Positions 39,643 through 51,560 of a stretch of 64,000 nt of DNA are shown piece by piece; position 1 is the first letter of the stretch; every line of letters begins with the position of its first letter. Where the stretch lies: the NCBI GenBank assembly GCA_002633005.1, contig NMRA01000620.1, positions 62,001 through 126,000 of the forward strand. Direction: 5' to 3'. The notes under the pieces are model-generated. The model had not been told where the DNA came from. It did no database searches and saw only the letters and a program-made list of their open reading frames with translations. Origin of the DNA: Phoronis australis (lineage: Eukaryota; Animalia; Phoronida). The position numbers were made by a program, and so were the translations under genes.

Positions 39643-41739
39643 CTGAAAAATCATAAAAAAACACTGTACAACAACAAAAAGACAGTGGTGGATTTGAAGA
39701 CCAAATTTGGTGCAAAACAAACCATGATGAAATATAATCTCTCTGAATCAGTTTTATTCACTAGTCCTTGAGTTCACCAACCAAATAGCGGAGAGGTGGA
39801 GGCCAGACAATTTCCTCCACACCAAACATGGAGCACAGAAGGTCCTACTAGTAAGAGACCTACAAACAGTGGAAAACTATTTTCCAGCACAATGCGTTAT
39901 AATCTATAATCATTTTCACGAAATTGAAACCATGTTTTCACACCCTAAAACTGTTTATTTTTAATTTTGAATCTTTCCTTGTATGAAAGTCGTTTATTGT
40001 TTAGTGGATGCTAATGGATAGTTATTGAAAAGGCTTAAACTACCCACCACATTTACCAGACTCAGTGCATTACACCTCAAAAGGCCATTTTGAATAGATC
40101 TCTTATATTCCTACTGCTAAGAGAATGAAACTTTACCTAACTATTGGCAAAGTATGGTTACTTCCATCCTAGCAAATGTCAGTCAATCTGTCGGTTATGT
40201 ATTTTGACATTTCAAATACGCTGAAACATGCAATTGCAAAATGTCTGGGAATAGCTTTGGTAGCACATATGGACAGCCAATCTTCAATGTGTGTCATACT
40301 TTACAAAAACGTTTTGCAGTTGAGCTGCTCTTTCTGAATTGACTTCACAACATATTGGTATGTGGTTCCCTTTTTGAAAAAAATAATTGCACCCTCCCAG
40401 TGAAGGGGGTTGCAGCAATCCCCTTTCGTGATCTATGTTGTCGAACTCCATGCATGTTGACGCCTAGGCAACAATGTGCGTTGTGTGCAACTAGATGAAT
40501 CCCTTTCCCATACAACTGCTTATAGGGGCTCACAAATCTAACTAATGCAATTTACCGATATTAGAGAAGACATAGATATGCTCAGCTCAGCCTAATAGAC
40601 AGTATATTCACCAAGAACACAATTTTGGATGGAATACATAGAGGCTAATCATGATTGTAATAGCCTTTCTGACAAGAGAAACTCCACAGATTGCATAAAG
40701 GGCCAAGACCAAGCTAGCCCCAACCTAAACTGAAATCTTGTTATGCCTGAAACTATCGGGTAATTGATCAGACCAAGTGCAGATTAAATAACACTACTAC
40801 TTTTCACCACATCACATAACCCTAATTCACATAGCAATTCATTCAGTACTCAATAGCTTTGTTCCTGTCTTGAGCAATTCCAATCGAACAGGATGGCACT
40901 TTAAAAGCAATACTATCATTGACTCAGAGCTCTAAAAGAATGCATGTATTCACTTCACAAAAATACATCCAAAACTCCCAAGATAAAGAAGCTCTATAGG
41001 GCACAGCAGGAATCCAACAAAGTTGCCATCTGTAGCCACGTTTATTGGAATAAGTATAGCCACAGTTATTGGAAATTTGTATTCAATACACAATCATGCA
41101 AAATTCCACAAAGATCCTGCAAAAAGTTAAGGCAATACTGAACAGTGGATGCAATAACAAAATTGCCAATAAGGCCACAACAGTCGTTACACCATCCAAA
41201 AATCTATCTAATCCTAAACATGCATTCAGGGGTTTTGAAAACACAGCAGTGGACACTTGGCGGACAAACAGACCACGGCGATTACATAATGCGCCCACAT
41301 AAGTTCAAGAAAATATATCAAAGAGCTCCGAAGATAGAGGCAAGAAAAAAAAATTACAAATGCGCGCATGTGCTCACAATTAGTTGCTAGAAGTCGCTTG
41401 AGGTCAAAGGTCACATTTTCCATATTAGGGAAATGTGCTAGGTCTATGTCTTGCCATTCCAAATAAAGAGACATGATTTGCCTTGTGGGAGAAAAATCAA
41501 TGAAGTGACAAGAAGTTGACAGATTTTTTTGAAATTTGTAACTAAAAGAAAATGCTTTCACATCAACAGAAATTAAAAATCTTAACAAACAAACCCTAAA
41601 AATATCTGGTGAGCAGGTTGAATTCTGTTTCAGCAGCAGTAATCCCCTTTCAACATGGCAATTGTCCATTTATCACATTCCAGGCCACTTTAACAGTTGC
41701 TGTAAGACTAATTCTAAAATGATCACCACAGCAACTTAC

Positions 41740-41863
41740 CCAGTACTTGCTGGTACTTTGCCAGCGCCTCCTCGTAATGTTGCGAGTAGTATAGTCTGTC
41801 TCCTTGGAAGCGGACATTTGTAATCATACTTGACTCATCCACACCAGAGCATTTAGCAAACCA
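41740..41863 (-). CDS. C8orf76: C8orf76-like exon 2
   Basis: TTTTGCAG|WFAKCSG...VRFQGDRLYYSQHYEEALAKYQQVL|GTAAGT; 124 nt. Confidence 0.88.
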
Positions 41864-42129
41864 CTGCAAAAAGGACTAAACTATTAATGCATATACACAG
41901 ATGTCCAAGGCACAAGACTTTTAAGATGACCTACTGTACATATAGCAGGAGAGCTAATTCAGTAATTGGTTGCTAGGTTACAGTAAAGTCATGTACCAAG
42001 CAACACTTGTAAACTGCTGACCTGGAATTCCTTGTCATGATGGCTGTGAGAGGAGTTCCCCGTCATGACAGAAGAGTTCATTACAAGCAGAATTCGTTAT
42101 CAGAGTAGCTCAGCATCATTACTCTTTGT

Positions 42130-43703
42130 GAGAGGCAAATGCCACTCATCTGATTACTTTTTGCGAACTATAACAACTTGATAGTCATAAATGAGGCGAA
42201 CACTCCAAGACATGCCGTGGAGGGCCTGCAATCAGCAAGTGATGGTGTGGCCGATTGGACCAAAGACAACAAGATGTCCATCCAACCAGATAAAGGGGAA
42301 TGGATGTTAGCCTCACGAGGTTATTTCAACCCAAACATGTTCACCCTGGTATATATGGGAGCCTTGATACCTCAAGTCGCTGAAATTACCTATCTAGGAA
42401 TTAAGATGGGTCGAAGAATGACGATGAACTCCCATGTCGAATTCCTAGCTGAGAAAGGTGCCAAGAGCCTGTCACTGTTGAGATATGCAGTAGTCCAGCA
42501 GATCCAACAAAAGAGCCTGGTGCAGCTCATGAATGCAACTGTCGGTGCAAGAACTGAGTATGGGCTCCATCTGTGCCTATGTGCCTCACAACAGTCAATG
42601 ACCAAACTACAGAGGATTCAAAACCAGGCCATGAGGATAGTAACCAGTGCAGCTAGACCCACTCCGGTAGACTGTCTCCAATACTGGTTAGGTATCAATA
42701 GCATCCGAACTAAACAGAAGACACCAGCAGCCCAACCATTTCTAAAGGCAGCTACAACCAACTCACATCCTCTGTACCTGGACTTGAGATAGCATAGTGA
42801 TGAACACACTGCACAGAGGCTGAAAACTGTTCAATCATCGGTTATCGGAGCTAGGGAGCTTGTCAAAGAGGTATGTCCAGTGGAGAACATCAACAGGATA
42901 GAGAGGTCCAAAGCCACAAACTTTGTCATCAACACCATGGAGATTGGAGGCCGTCATTGGCGGGAAAGAGCTGACTGTATCAACCAAGCAACTGTATCGG
43001 AATGGCTTGAAGAACAATCTCCCACAATCATTGTTGCAACGAACGGCTCACTAAGAGATGACACTACGGCTTGGGCAGCAGTTGCTTGGACTCGCAAGGG
43101 TCAACGCCTCTTCGAATGGTCAACAGCACAGGTTGGAAAATCCTCGTCTTTTAGAGATGAATGTGAAGCATGTGAAGATGCCCTAGTCTGGCTCACAGAA
43201 CACAACACCTGCAGACAGATCATTTCTACATACAGACTCCCTCAGCCTCATTAACAGGCTAAAAACTGGTCATGTGAAAGATTCCTGGATCCCTCTGTTC
43301 AGCTCTATTAATGGTCTCTTCACCAGTGTTTATATACCAGGACACTGTGGCATCTCATTCAATGTCAAGGTGGATGAGCTTGCGGGTATCGCAGAACCGA
43401 TTGCCGACCTGCTCCTTGCACCAGCAGATATAATCTCCAGAGTGCGTGAATCACTTACAGAAGCCAAGATTGTACAACAGCAGGAGAGATGGGCAACAAA
43501 GCGTCGCATAGAGCGAGGATGGCAATACAGAGATGCAGCGAAAACTCGAATCAGGGGAAAAGATCGAAGAGTGTGTAACCAGCACGAACTTGGTTGCATC
43601 TCCAAATTTACATTGCGTGCGATACTGGAAGAAGGAGGGCCAGAGACTATCCCGGTGCCTACCCTCTGACGTCACCACAGAAACAGAAACAGAAACAGAA
43701 ACA
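42130..43703 (+). mobile_element. 5'-truncated I-group-like LINE (RT C-terminus + RNase H) with a (CAGAAA)n tail
   Basis: RT thumb (ITYLGI...LQRIQNQAMRIVT.A...TP); RNase H motifs IVATNGS, SSFRDECEA, TDSLS, IPGHCGISFN.KVDELA; premature TAG at 42790 and a frameshift near 43230. Confidence 0.88.
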
Positions 43704-43924
43704 ACATGACTTTGATATTGTAATCAGTACGAGGCATAATTCGTTGAAAGGCTTCCGGCGTATGAATCTCCTACAGGAGCTTCACTGTCTCTACTGGGGC
43801 TACCTGGCCAGCCAGCCAGCTACCTGAATGAAGACTATTATCTCCACCTATTTTAACAATGATAAGTATGTCGTCATCTTGAAAATAGTATGCTAATTTT
43901 TTTAGACACCTCTCCATTTAGGAG

Positions 43925-44440
43925 ATACAACCATAGGCGCAAAAAAAAAACTGCCACTAGGAGGCCCCACAGCAGTCAAAATCATCGTCAGACTTCCTCT
44001 TCATTAAAGGAACATAAACGCCAATTTTCACTATCAAATCCTTAGAGCAGTTTGGTTGATAGAGTGGTGGATGCTTAAAACAGGCTCGAAAACAGCAAAA
44101 ATGGCCACTAGGTGGCACAAACTATGTGAAATCCATCTGAAAACAGGAATGTAGCGTGATCTCACTGATAGATGTCTATATGCCAAATTTTATGAAAATA
44201 GGTTGAGGACCTTTGAAGATACAGAGGTAAACGTAAAAAACTAAAATTGCCACTAGGGGACAAACCGGTAGTCAGATCCGTCCGAAAGTTCACTCACGCC
44301 TTCCCATCCATGAAAGGAACATATCAATGTACAAAATTTCAGGAACGCACATCAAAGGGTTTTGGAGATAGAGCAGCGGACGGCGGACGGAGATGACGGT
44401 ATAATTGCGTACACATATAAATATGTGGGCGCATAAAAAG
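43925..44440 (+). mobile_element. Repeat family B copy
   Basis: Three GCCACTAGG units ending in CACATATAAATATGTGGGCGCATAAAAA. Confidence 0.65.
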
Positions 44441-44700
44441 AAACTGGCCAATAGGTGATGCAATGTTTCATGGTGACAAAAATTGATGCAGAAGATCACT
44501 TCACAACTTTAGATGCAGAATAACGGTAGAACATCAGTTTTTCCAACAGCGGTAAATACTTCAGCTTACTCAAGGAAGAGCGCAGTTTTTAATTACACTT
44601 TGTCGGGTTTCAATCGGCCATTTTTATCCACATCGGCGCAAAGCTGTAGATTTTAGTAGTACGCAGCTTTGTACCAAGCCCAAGGGCCAAGGCTACTTAT
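44441..44700 (-). mobile_element. Repeat family A, partial copy
   Basis: AAACTGGCCAATAGGTGATGCAAT...GCAGAATAACGGTAGAAC...AGCTTTGTACCAAG. Confidence 0.7.
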
Positions 44701-45221
44701 AGGGTAATAATTTCTTCAGAAACACTTGACATGCCATTTAAACCAAATTTTTCAATCGGTTGGGCGGTTCTCGAGTTATTTAAGTTTTAGAGTCTCAAAA
44801 ATGGCCTTTTTCAGCAATCCGCACCCAGATGGAGAGTCCTTTACAAGTAGGTTAACAACATGGCATCGAAACCAAACCACAAACTATTTTGCATGAACAA
44901 CAACAAAAACAATTGAAAAATGTACCATCGATTTTGTTTTTTTGTCGATTTGTGACAGGACATTTTTGCACCTGAAGCTAAATTGAACACGAGAATTTTT
45001 AAAAAAGAGAGGTACTTATTGTTGTGTACTTAGTCACACAATAACAGGATGTTTGTAGGTTGTTATTGTTTATGAGTTCATTTTCCACCACTTAGCATGC
45101 CAATAGATTTGAGCTCGTGAAAATCATGAAATATGACAAAATTTCGCTCTTGTTGAATTTTGGTCATGGTTTGCTCACCCTCGGTGCATGGTCACGGTCT
45201 ATACTAAGGCAAGACTAGCCT

Positions 45222-45885
45222 TGGTACAAAGCTAAATCATACAGCTTTCCACCGATGTGGGTAAATAAGTAGTAATTAAGATAAAATCTGACACAAAATT
45301 AGTGTCATTAAAAACTACAGTCTTCTTTGAGTAAACTAAACTATTTAACGGTGTTGGAAAAATGGCGTTCTACCGTTATTCTGCTGCTAAATATGTGGAG
45401 CGATCTTTAGCGACGGCTTTCAGCGCCATGAAATATTGCATCACCTATTGGCCAGTTTCTTTTCTCGCCGATTCCTCAATCAACTGTTCGTCTTTCATGA
45501 GGCTGGGTCGCACATCACAACAAATTATCAGAACTGGTTTCACTTCATTATAAGTTTTTAGAATTTTGATAGCGAAAAAACGAATTTCAGAAGACATTAG
45601 CTGCTGCCAAGCTATTATCAACTCCCGAGAGATGTCGCAAAAATTTAGGAAATGGTGCATGTGCGTGACACAATCGGACTGTTTTCAAAACGACAACATA
45701 CTTTTCATTGCTAGAAAAGGCGGACAGCTACGCAAGAAAATGACGTTTATTGTTTTTCACTTAAACGGCTATAACGGGCAAGGTGAGTGTCGGGTTGATT
45801 CCCAGATTTTGCATGCTTTACGTGTTGATACAAGTTTCACAGTGCGGTGACGAACAGAACTACCCTGGCTGTGTGTAATTTCTTG
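45222..45885 (+). mobile_element. Dispersed non-autonomous repeat family A, copy 1
   Basis: Shares GTTGGAAAAATGGCGTTCTAC..TTATTC.GCTGCT and CACCTATTGGCCAGTTT...GATTC.TCAATCAACTGTTC blocks with the other copies. Confidence 0.8.
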
Positions 45886-46042
45886 GTGAAGAAATACACA
45901 CAGTGGTTCCTAGCTGTATTTTGACAACAGTCTTCATACTGTTGTAATTTAATACACGAGACCACACAAACCAACATTCACAACAATACAGCTGGCTGGC
46001 TAAGGCAAGACACGACAGAAGACATTGGCAAACAACACTTAC

Positions 46043-46150
46043 GTCCTTCTTGCAGAATTTCGCACTCCAGTTCGAATCAGCTAACGGGTGATTCTTCTCA
46101 GTGCCATCGAATCCGCAGTTTAAGTTTAAATCTCCTATGCCTAACTCCAT
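46043..46150 (-). CDS. C8orf76: C8orf76-like exon 1
   Basis: MELGIGDLNLNCGFDG...WSAKFCKKD|GTAAGT, phase 0; in-frame upstream ATGs (to 46219) are possible. Confidence 0.8.
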
Positions 46151-46399
46151 TCCTTCTTTCGCAAACATGCAGAACCCATCGACCTTCTGACCTTCACCTT
46201 GAATTAACGGCCTTGACATTGGGTACGACTAATGTCCTAAACTATCATTAACTACATTTAATTACATTTATGAATACCAAAGCTACGCAATATGTATGCG
46301 AAAATATATAGAAATGCACGGAATTGATTTCGCGTCAAGTTCAAAGCAAAAAATACGAAACTAAATATTGTGAATCGTAACTGTGCTTCTAAAATAAAC
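46151..46399. promoter_or_regulatory. Probable bidirectional promoter between C8orf76-like and UBE2W
   Basis: Divergent start codons only 250 bp apart (180 bp if ATG 46219 is used); YY1-like AACATGGCG over the UBE2W ATG; ETS-like CGGAAGT at 46604. Confidence 0.7.
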
Positions 46400-46411
46400 A
46401 TGGCGTCGAAG
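46400..46411 (+). CDS. UBE2W: UBE2W exon 1 coding part (MASK)
   Basis: AAACATGGCGTCGAAG|GTCTGT; good Kozak context, phase 0. Confidence 0.75.
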
Positions 46412-46932
46412 GTCTGTCTGGTTTGTTTACTGTATGAAGTCGAAACTTGATATTTTAGATCAACGCCGTTTAACTCATAGTGTAATATCATAGATAGGGT
46501 GTCCCATATCAATTGGTGTGTCAGAACACGCATTTACATAATTGGTATTCAAATTATTGCATGAAGACTGAATCTGGTTTTTCCCGTCGTCGAGTTCGAG
46601 ACACGGAAGTCGAGTGGGTTCAGATTTTCATTTCCGTAATTGTTATTTTGATATTCCCTGGTAATGGAGTAAAATAAATTATCCCCTTATCAATAATTCT
46701 AACTCGTGGAGCTTTCAACTTACATGTCAGAGCTCGACACTTCGCATTTACCATCAACATCCGAGAGCGTAAAACCTCGTTGATGTTGGCAAGAGCCAAA
46801 CAAAAGTCAGTCACTGATTGGATTTGCATGTGAATCCAATTCTGATAATGCGGTGGAGAAAAAATCACACCTCCTGAAGAAATCCTGTAAGGACAAAGGC
46901 TTACCAGAGCTGACAAATAAATTTTGTGCATA

Positions 46933-47752
46933 CACATAGTGTACCTAATTATCGGACGGAACCTAAATATCGGACATTTCATAGAATCTTACTTGAAGCA
47001 TAATCTGAGAATTAAATGACACCAATTTTTGTTCCGTTGTAATGCATTCAGTGTCCGGCACCGTCTCGTTTTTTACAGCGTTGCCTCGTTTTGATTTCAC
47101 CGAGAGAGGGTGTAATTTAGACCCCCAAGTCGGCCTAAAATGGACGATCGCATAAATCGGTTATAAAAGTTGAAAATAAAATCTTTTTCCACAATGACAC
47201 CATCTCATTGAACTGACAATATGTCACTGTTCCATTTTTTCGTTTGTTTTTAAACTCAAGTCAAACCCCGACCGCGCACGTGCGGGTGTCATATCAAGAA
47301 GCCTAAGTGATACTAAAACTGCAGTGAGTTTGCACATGCTTTAGTCGTCTGCACTAATTCATCGAAACGACTTGGCGCCGTCTTCAGATTTCATTTTATG
47401 GATAATTTTGTTGCGAATGGACCTGGGTTCTAGCAGCATATATGTCAAAACACTCGAGCTAAAATTTGGCGACAAGGTGCCCGCGGCCATTACATGGTTA
47501 GTCAGTTTTCCGCGGTGTGGCGTATGGAGAAACATGGTGTCCGATATTTAGGTTCTCCGAAGGTTTGGTTGTTGTGTTTTTTGAAGATCAGTCGGAACAT
47601 AAATGTGGCTATCAGTGACAAGATATAGTAACAGAACAATTCCGTGAAGGTAAATCTGTATTTCAGCAAAGAATTTACAACAATCTGTAGTATTTTCAAT
47701 TAAATATAATGCAAAATGTGCCAAAACGTCCGATAATTAGGTCACTTAACTG
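46933..47752. mobile_element. Tc1/mariner-type MITE in UBE2W intron 1
   Basis: Imperfect TIRs CA......ACCTAATTATCGGAC and GTCCGATAATTAGGT......TG flanked by TA; internal inverted copy TGTCCGATATTTAGGTTC near 47538. Confidence 0.7.
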
Positions 47753-48044
47753 TAAGTGATCCCTTGTTTAAATACTGCAGCTGTCAATGTCTGTAGTAGT
47801 GACATGCTCCAGTTGTTTCGTTACGCATGAGCCGATAAGCGCTGTGGAATGAGTAGTTGGATTGACTGTTGGGCCAGTGGGATACTGCTGTGTCCTTATC
47901 AGTTTGACCTTAGCAAAAACCAGTGTTTACATAGTACGTCTATCTTATTGTTTGCTTTCTTCTGATGAGCTTGAAGTAATCTAGCCATGCAGCCTGCCAA
48001 ATATTGTCTGAATACAGCTGTGTATTTTTCTCCCATAGACCCCG

Positions 48045-48708
48045 AAATTGCACACAGCCAGGGTAGTTCTGCTTGTCAACTCGCCGTGAAACTTGTATCA
48101 ACATGTAGAGCTATAGACCGGACGGGGTGCATGCAAAATCTGGGAATCAAAAGAAACTCACCTTGCCCGTTACAGCCGTTTAAGTGGAAAACAATCCAAT
48201 AAACGTCATTTTCTTGCATAATCCTCTGCCTTTTCTTACTAAGAAAAGTTGTGGAGTTTTGAAAACAGTACGCTCGTGGTACGCATACGCGCCAATTCCT
48301 AAATTTTTGCGACTTCTCTCGGGAGATGATTACAGCTTGGCAGCAGCAAAATTCCTTCTGAAATTCGGTTTTTCAGTATCAAAATTCTAAAAACTTGTAA
48401 CTAAATGAAACTAGTTCTGATAATATGCTGTGATATCTATGCAACCTCGTGAAAGAAGAACAGTTGATTGAAGAATCAGCGAAAAAACAAACTGGCCAAT
48501 AGGTGACGAAAGCTGTTTCTAAAGATTGCTTTACAGGTGCAGCAGCTGAATAACAGTAGAACGCCATTTTTCCAACACCGTTTAATAAATTTAGTTTACT
48601 CAAGGAATACTGTAGTTTTTAATGACACCGATTTTGTGTCAGATTTTATCTTATCACTTTTTTACCCAATTCGGCGCAAAGCTGTCTATTTAATGTACAG
48701 CTTTGTAC
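48045..48708 (-). mobile_element. Repeat family A, copy 2 (inverted relative to copy 1)
   Basis: Reverse-complement similarity to 45222-45885 over about 660 bp. Confidence 0.8.
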
Positions 48709-48968
48709 CTATGTAATACAGCAATTATGTTGTAAACAGTGCCCTTGAGGATAAACAATATTTAAAAATACTATTTGCAAACGACTTTCAACAAATGTCA
48801 TGAAGCAGATGTGTTTTCTATGAAATACTTTCACCAGAATACTTTGAATGGAGAAAAAGGATTGACTCTCAGAGAAATTAGACTTAATACGATGAATGTT
48901 TTCAGTCATCCAGTTGGGCAATATAAGAAACAATAAATAAATCTACTACTGGACTTACGTATGTAGAG

Positions 48969-49011
48969 ATGGCTACGTTGCGTCCTCCTCTCGAGGACTT
49001 CATCAGGCCAC
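48969..49011 (-). ncRNA. Inverted second copy of the hammerhead motif
   Basis: Exact reverse complement of 49343-49385. Confidence 0.75.
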
Positions 49012-49342
49012 TGAGTTGTCACGTGACTTGTCATGTGATCCGTCGTGTAGTTTCCGCGGGATTCTCTTCAGCGCNTATGGGGACTGCTATGATTCTGCAG
49101 TTTTTACTCACATGGCTTCCACGGACCACTCTTTCGCCATGGAAGATGTGAAGATCCTGGATAGAGAAGAGAATTGGTTTCGGAGAGGGGTCAAAGAAGC
49201 TATCTACGAGAGAATCGAGAATCCTAGCCTCAATAGACAGGGGGGGCTGCGGTTTCACTTACCTAGGACATGGGATAGGGCGCTGAAGAGAATCCCGCGG
49301 AAACTACACGACGGATCACATGACAAGTCACGTGACAACTCA

Positions 49343-49385
49343 GTGGCCTGATGAAGTCCTCGAGAGGAGGACGCAACGTAGCCAT
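49343..49385 (+). ncRNA. Minimal type I hammerhead ribozyme motif (GCAA variant of GAAA)
   Basis: GTGGC CTGATGA A GTCCTC-gagag-GAGGAC GCAA CG TA GCCAT: stems I and II pair, palindromic ACGT stem III, putative GUA cleavage at 49380. Confidence 0.75.
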
Positions 49386-50704
49386 CTCTACATACGTAAG
49401 TCCAGTAATAGATTTATTTATTGTTTCTTAAATTAGACTTAACTTTCACCTGTTCATTCCTTTGTGTTACTGTAAGCTCTGACCAGCTTAACCACACTAT
49501 TGTGTACCAACACAAAGGGCTTGCTTGACAAGTTTAATGGAGCGTCATTCTAGATGAGATCTGTTTGCATTGTGAAACCCATTACTTGCTGAAATTTAAT
49601 TTTCTTGAGATACTGGCGATTTTCTGGCCAGATTTTTATTGACTTAATCCTGGCTGAGTTTTTGGTGGTCTTATGATGCAGACCGCATTTTTTCTCAGAT
49701 CGACATAAAATTGAGTACACAAATGTTTATCTCCTCAATATCTCGAGGACTATTGTTTTTGGGCCAGATCAGACGTAAGTTAGTAAGTTGGTGCTGTGAT
49801 GGATATTTTTCCTCAAAATCCTTTGCGGTGTTCTATCTTCACGATCCTTTGACAGAACATTCTGAAATTCGATTCGTAAACAGACTTTATCAAGGGCTCT
49901 GTGCAGTGCAGTGCTGTATTGGTTTCTCGCCATGACTTACGGTTCTCCAGTTATTTGAGTGTTTCTGATTCCTCAATACACTTTTAATATTTTTTCATTA
50001 GAGTCAAAGTAGTGGGTGTTCATGGTTACATCGACCTGAGTTCCAAGTTTTTCCTTTGGGTTCATGTCTCATGATTGTGACTCGTTCTTGCTAATAAGTC
50101 TTTTCATTCTCCTTATTCTTACTTTGAGCTCGGGCATTTTGATCTGCTGTAGTAGCGATCAATAAATGACTTTTTAAAAGTACTTGAATCTTTGTTCTAA
50201 TGCAGCAGAGAGATAACTCATCCTTTGATCTTTTTACCTGAAATCCAATTCAAAATTATGTTGTACATTTTCTGTTGAAGACACTTATGTTCAAACCCAT
50301 AGTAGGTGTCTATTATTTTGTCTTCGAACATTATATTGTTTTAGGAGTCAGATAGTCTGATACTAATTTGCTCTTGATGACCTTAGCATTTAAGCCTTGT
50401 ATTTGAGTCTGTACTTGAACTCTGGACTAAGTTATTGTGGTTGTAGGGGTCATCAAGTGATGCTATCTTGGACTAGAAACTCATATGCATAAATGATAGT
50501 GTACTCGAGCACTGTGTAAGAGCCACTTGCCTCGAGTCCATACAAAAGTAAAATAGATAATTTTGAGTACAAATACTAGTGTCCAGACTCAAAAGGTTTC
50601 AAATAGAGCCACATGTTAGTATAATTGGATAACTGTAAGCACCTTTATTTTCAAGTCGGCAATACCTTTGTAATGCTATTATGAATTATCTGGCTTTATT
50701 CTAG

Positions 50705-50796
50705 AAACGTCTTCAAAAAGAGCTACGCAACCTGGTGACAGACCCACCAAAAGGCATTATAGTTGACAGTGATAAGATAGGATCCAACATCACAGA
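50705..50796 (+). CDS. UBE2W: UBE2W exon 2
   Basis: TAG|KRLQKELRNLVTDPPKGIIVDSDKIGSNIT(E)|GTAAGT; 92 nt. Confidence 0.95.
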
Positions 50797-50882
50797 GTAA
50801 GTAAACTATGAACTAGTGGTCTTTTCCGTGAAGGTCACATTTGACTTCAAGGGACATTAGCCAGAAATGTGATTTTCTGAAA

Positions 50883-50950
50883 TCAGCTCCAGCAAGGATT
50901 CGAACTGTGAATCCTTTGTGTTTACAGCCAATTGCTGTGCTGGTGAGCTG
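50883..50950 (-). mobile_element. Degenerate tRNA-derived SINE head
   Basis: B box GTTCGAATCC, weak A box. Confidence 0.4.
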
Positions 50951-51445
50951 AATCGCACCTGGATAAATGACAGAGTATTTTAAGGTACATTTAATTTGTA
51001 AAGTCACCGGCCTTGATTTCAGTCTATGCCTGGAAAACATTGGCCAGAATTGGTGTTTTGTATTAAAATTGCAAAATCAGTGGATTTCATTGTTTTATAT
51101 GGTACAAGTTAAAGGGAAATCGACAAAGTGACCTATTTTTCTATATCATGTTAGCAACAAGTTCAACATGGGAACCATCAGCAGTGTGACTCTTTCTTGG
51201 CTGCTGCAGAGGACTGAGCACTTGTGGACTTGTCCAATGTGCAGTGATGTCTGTCCCTGAGACAATGACAATGACAATGAGTGCAAACAGAATTCCACAC
51301 TATGACTTATGAGAGTAAGCATAATTGAACATCATAGTACAGCACACATCACAATTTTTTGTCCGACCAGTCAGCTTGGAGTTAACGACCGGTCGCTGAC
51401 CGACAGCGGGTTGTAATGCTGACTCATGAGGTGACCCCCCCCCCC

Positions 51446-51560
51446 NNNNNNNNNNNNNNNNNNNNNNNNNNNNNNNNNNNNNNNNNNNNNNNNNNNNNNN
51501 NNNNNNNNNNNNNNNNNNNNNNNNNNNNNNNNNNNNNNNNNNNNNNNNNNNNNNNNNNNN
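51446..51560. other. Assembly gap
   Basis: N run flanked by poly-C. Confidence 1.

Larger units (their letters stand above)
30643..46150 (-). other. C8orf76: Gene span: C8orf76-like TPR-fold protein (8 coding exons)
   Basis: Collinear similarity to human C8orf76 as recalled: AKFCKKDWF~AKLCEPQWF; RFQGDRLYY..HYEEAL..Y~KFKGDLAY..EYQKAL..Y; KRDLGENIARCLTHLGR~KRDVQEGQARCLAHLGR; QRLVSLNP...W.DLAELY~QKLISLHP...W.KLAEAY; FERLCF~FEDKWF. Confidence 0.85.
48888..49429 (+). mobile_element. Penelope-like element remnant with inverted pseudo-LTRs
   Basis: GIY-YIG C-terminal region SAVFTHM...HSF..EDVKILDREENWFRRGVKEAIYER.ENPSLNR.GG; 151-bp inverted arms 48924-49074 and 49280-49430; 13-bp direct repeat AAATTAGACTTAA at 48875 and 49430 (likely TSD). 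Confidence 0.9.
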
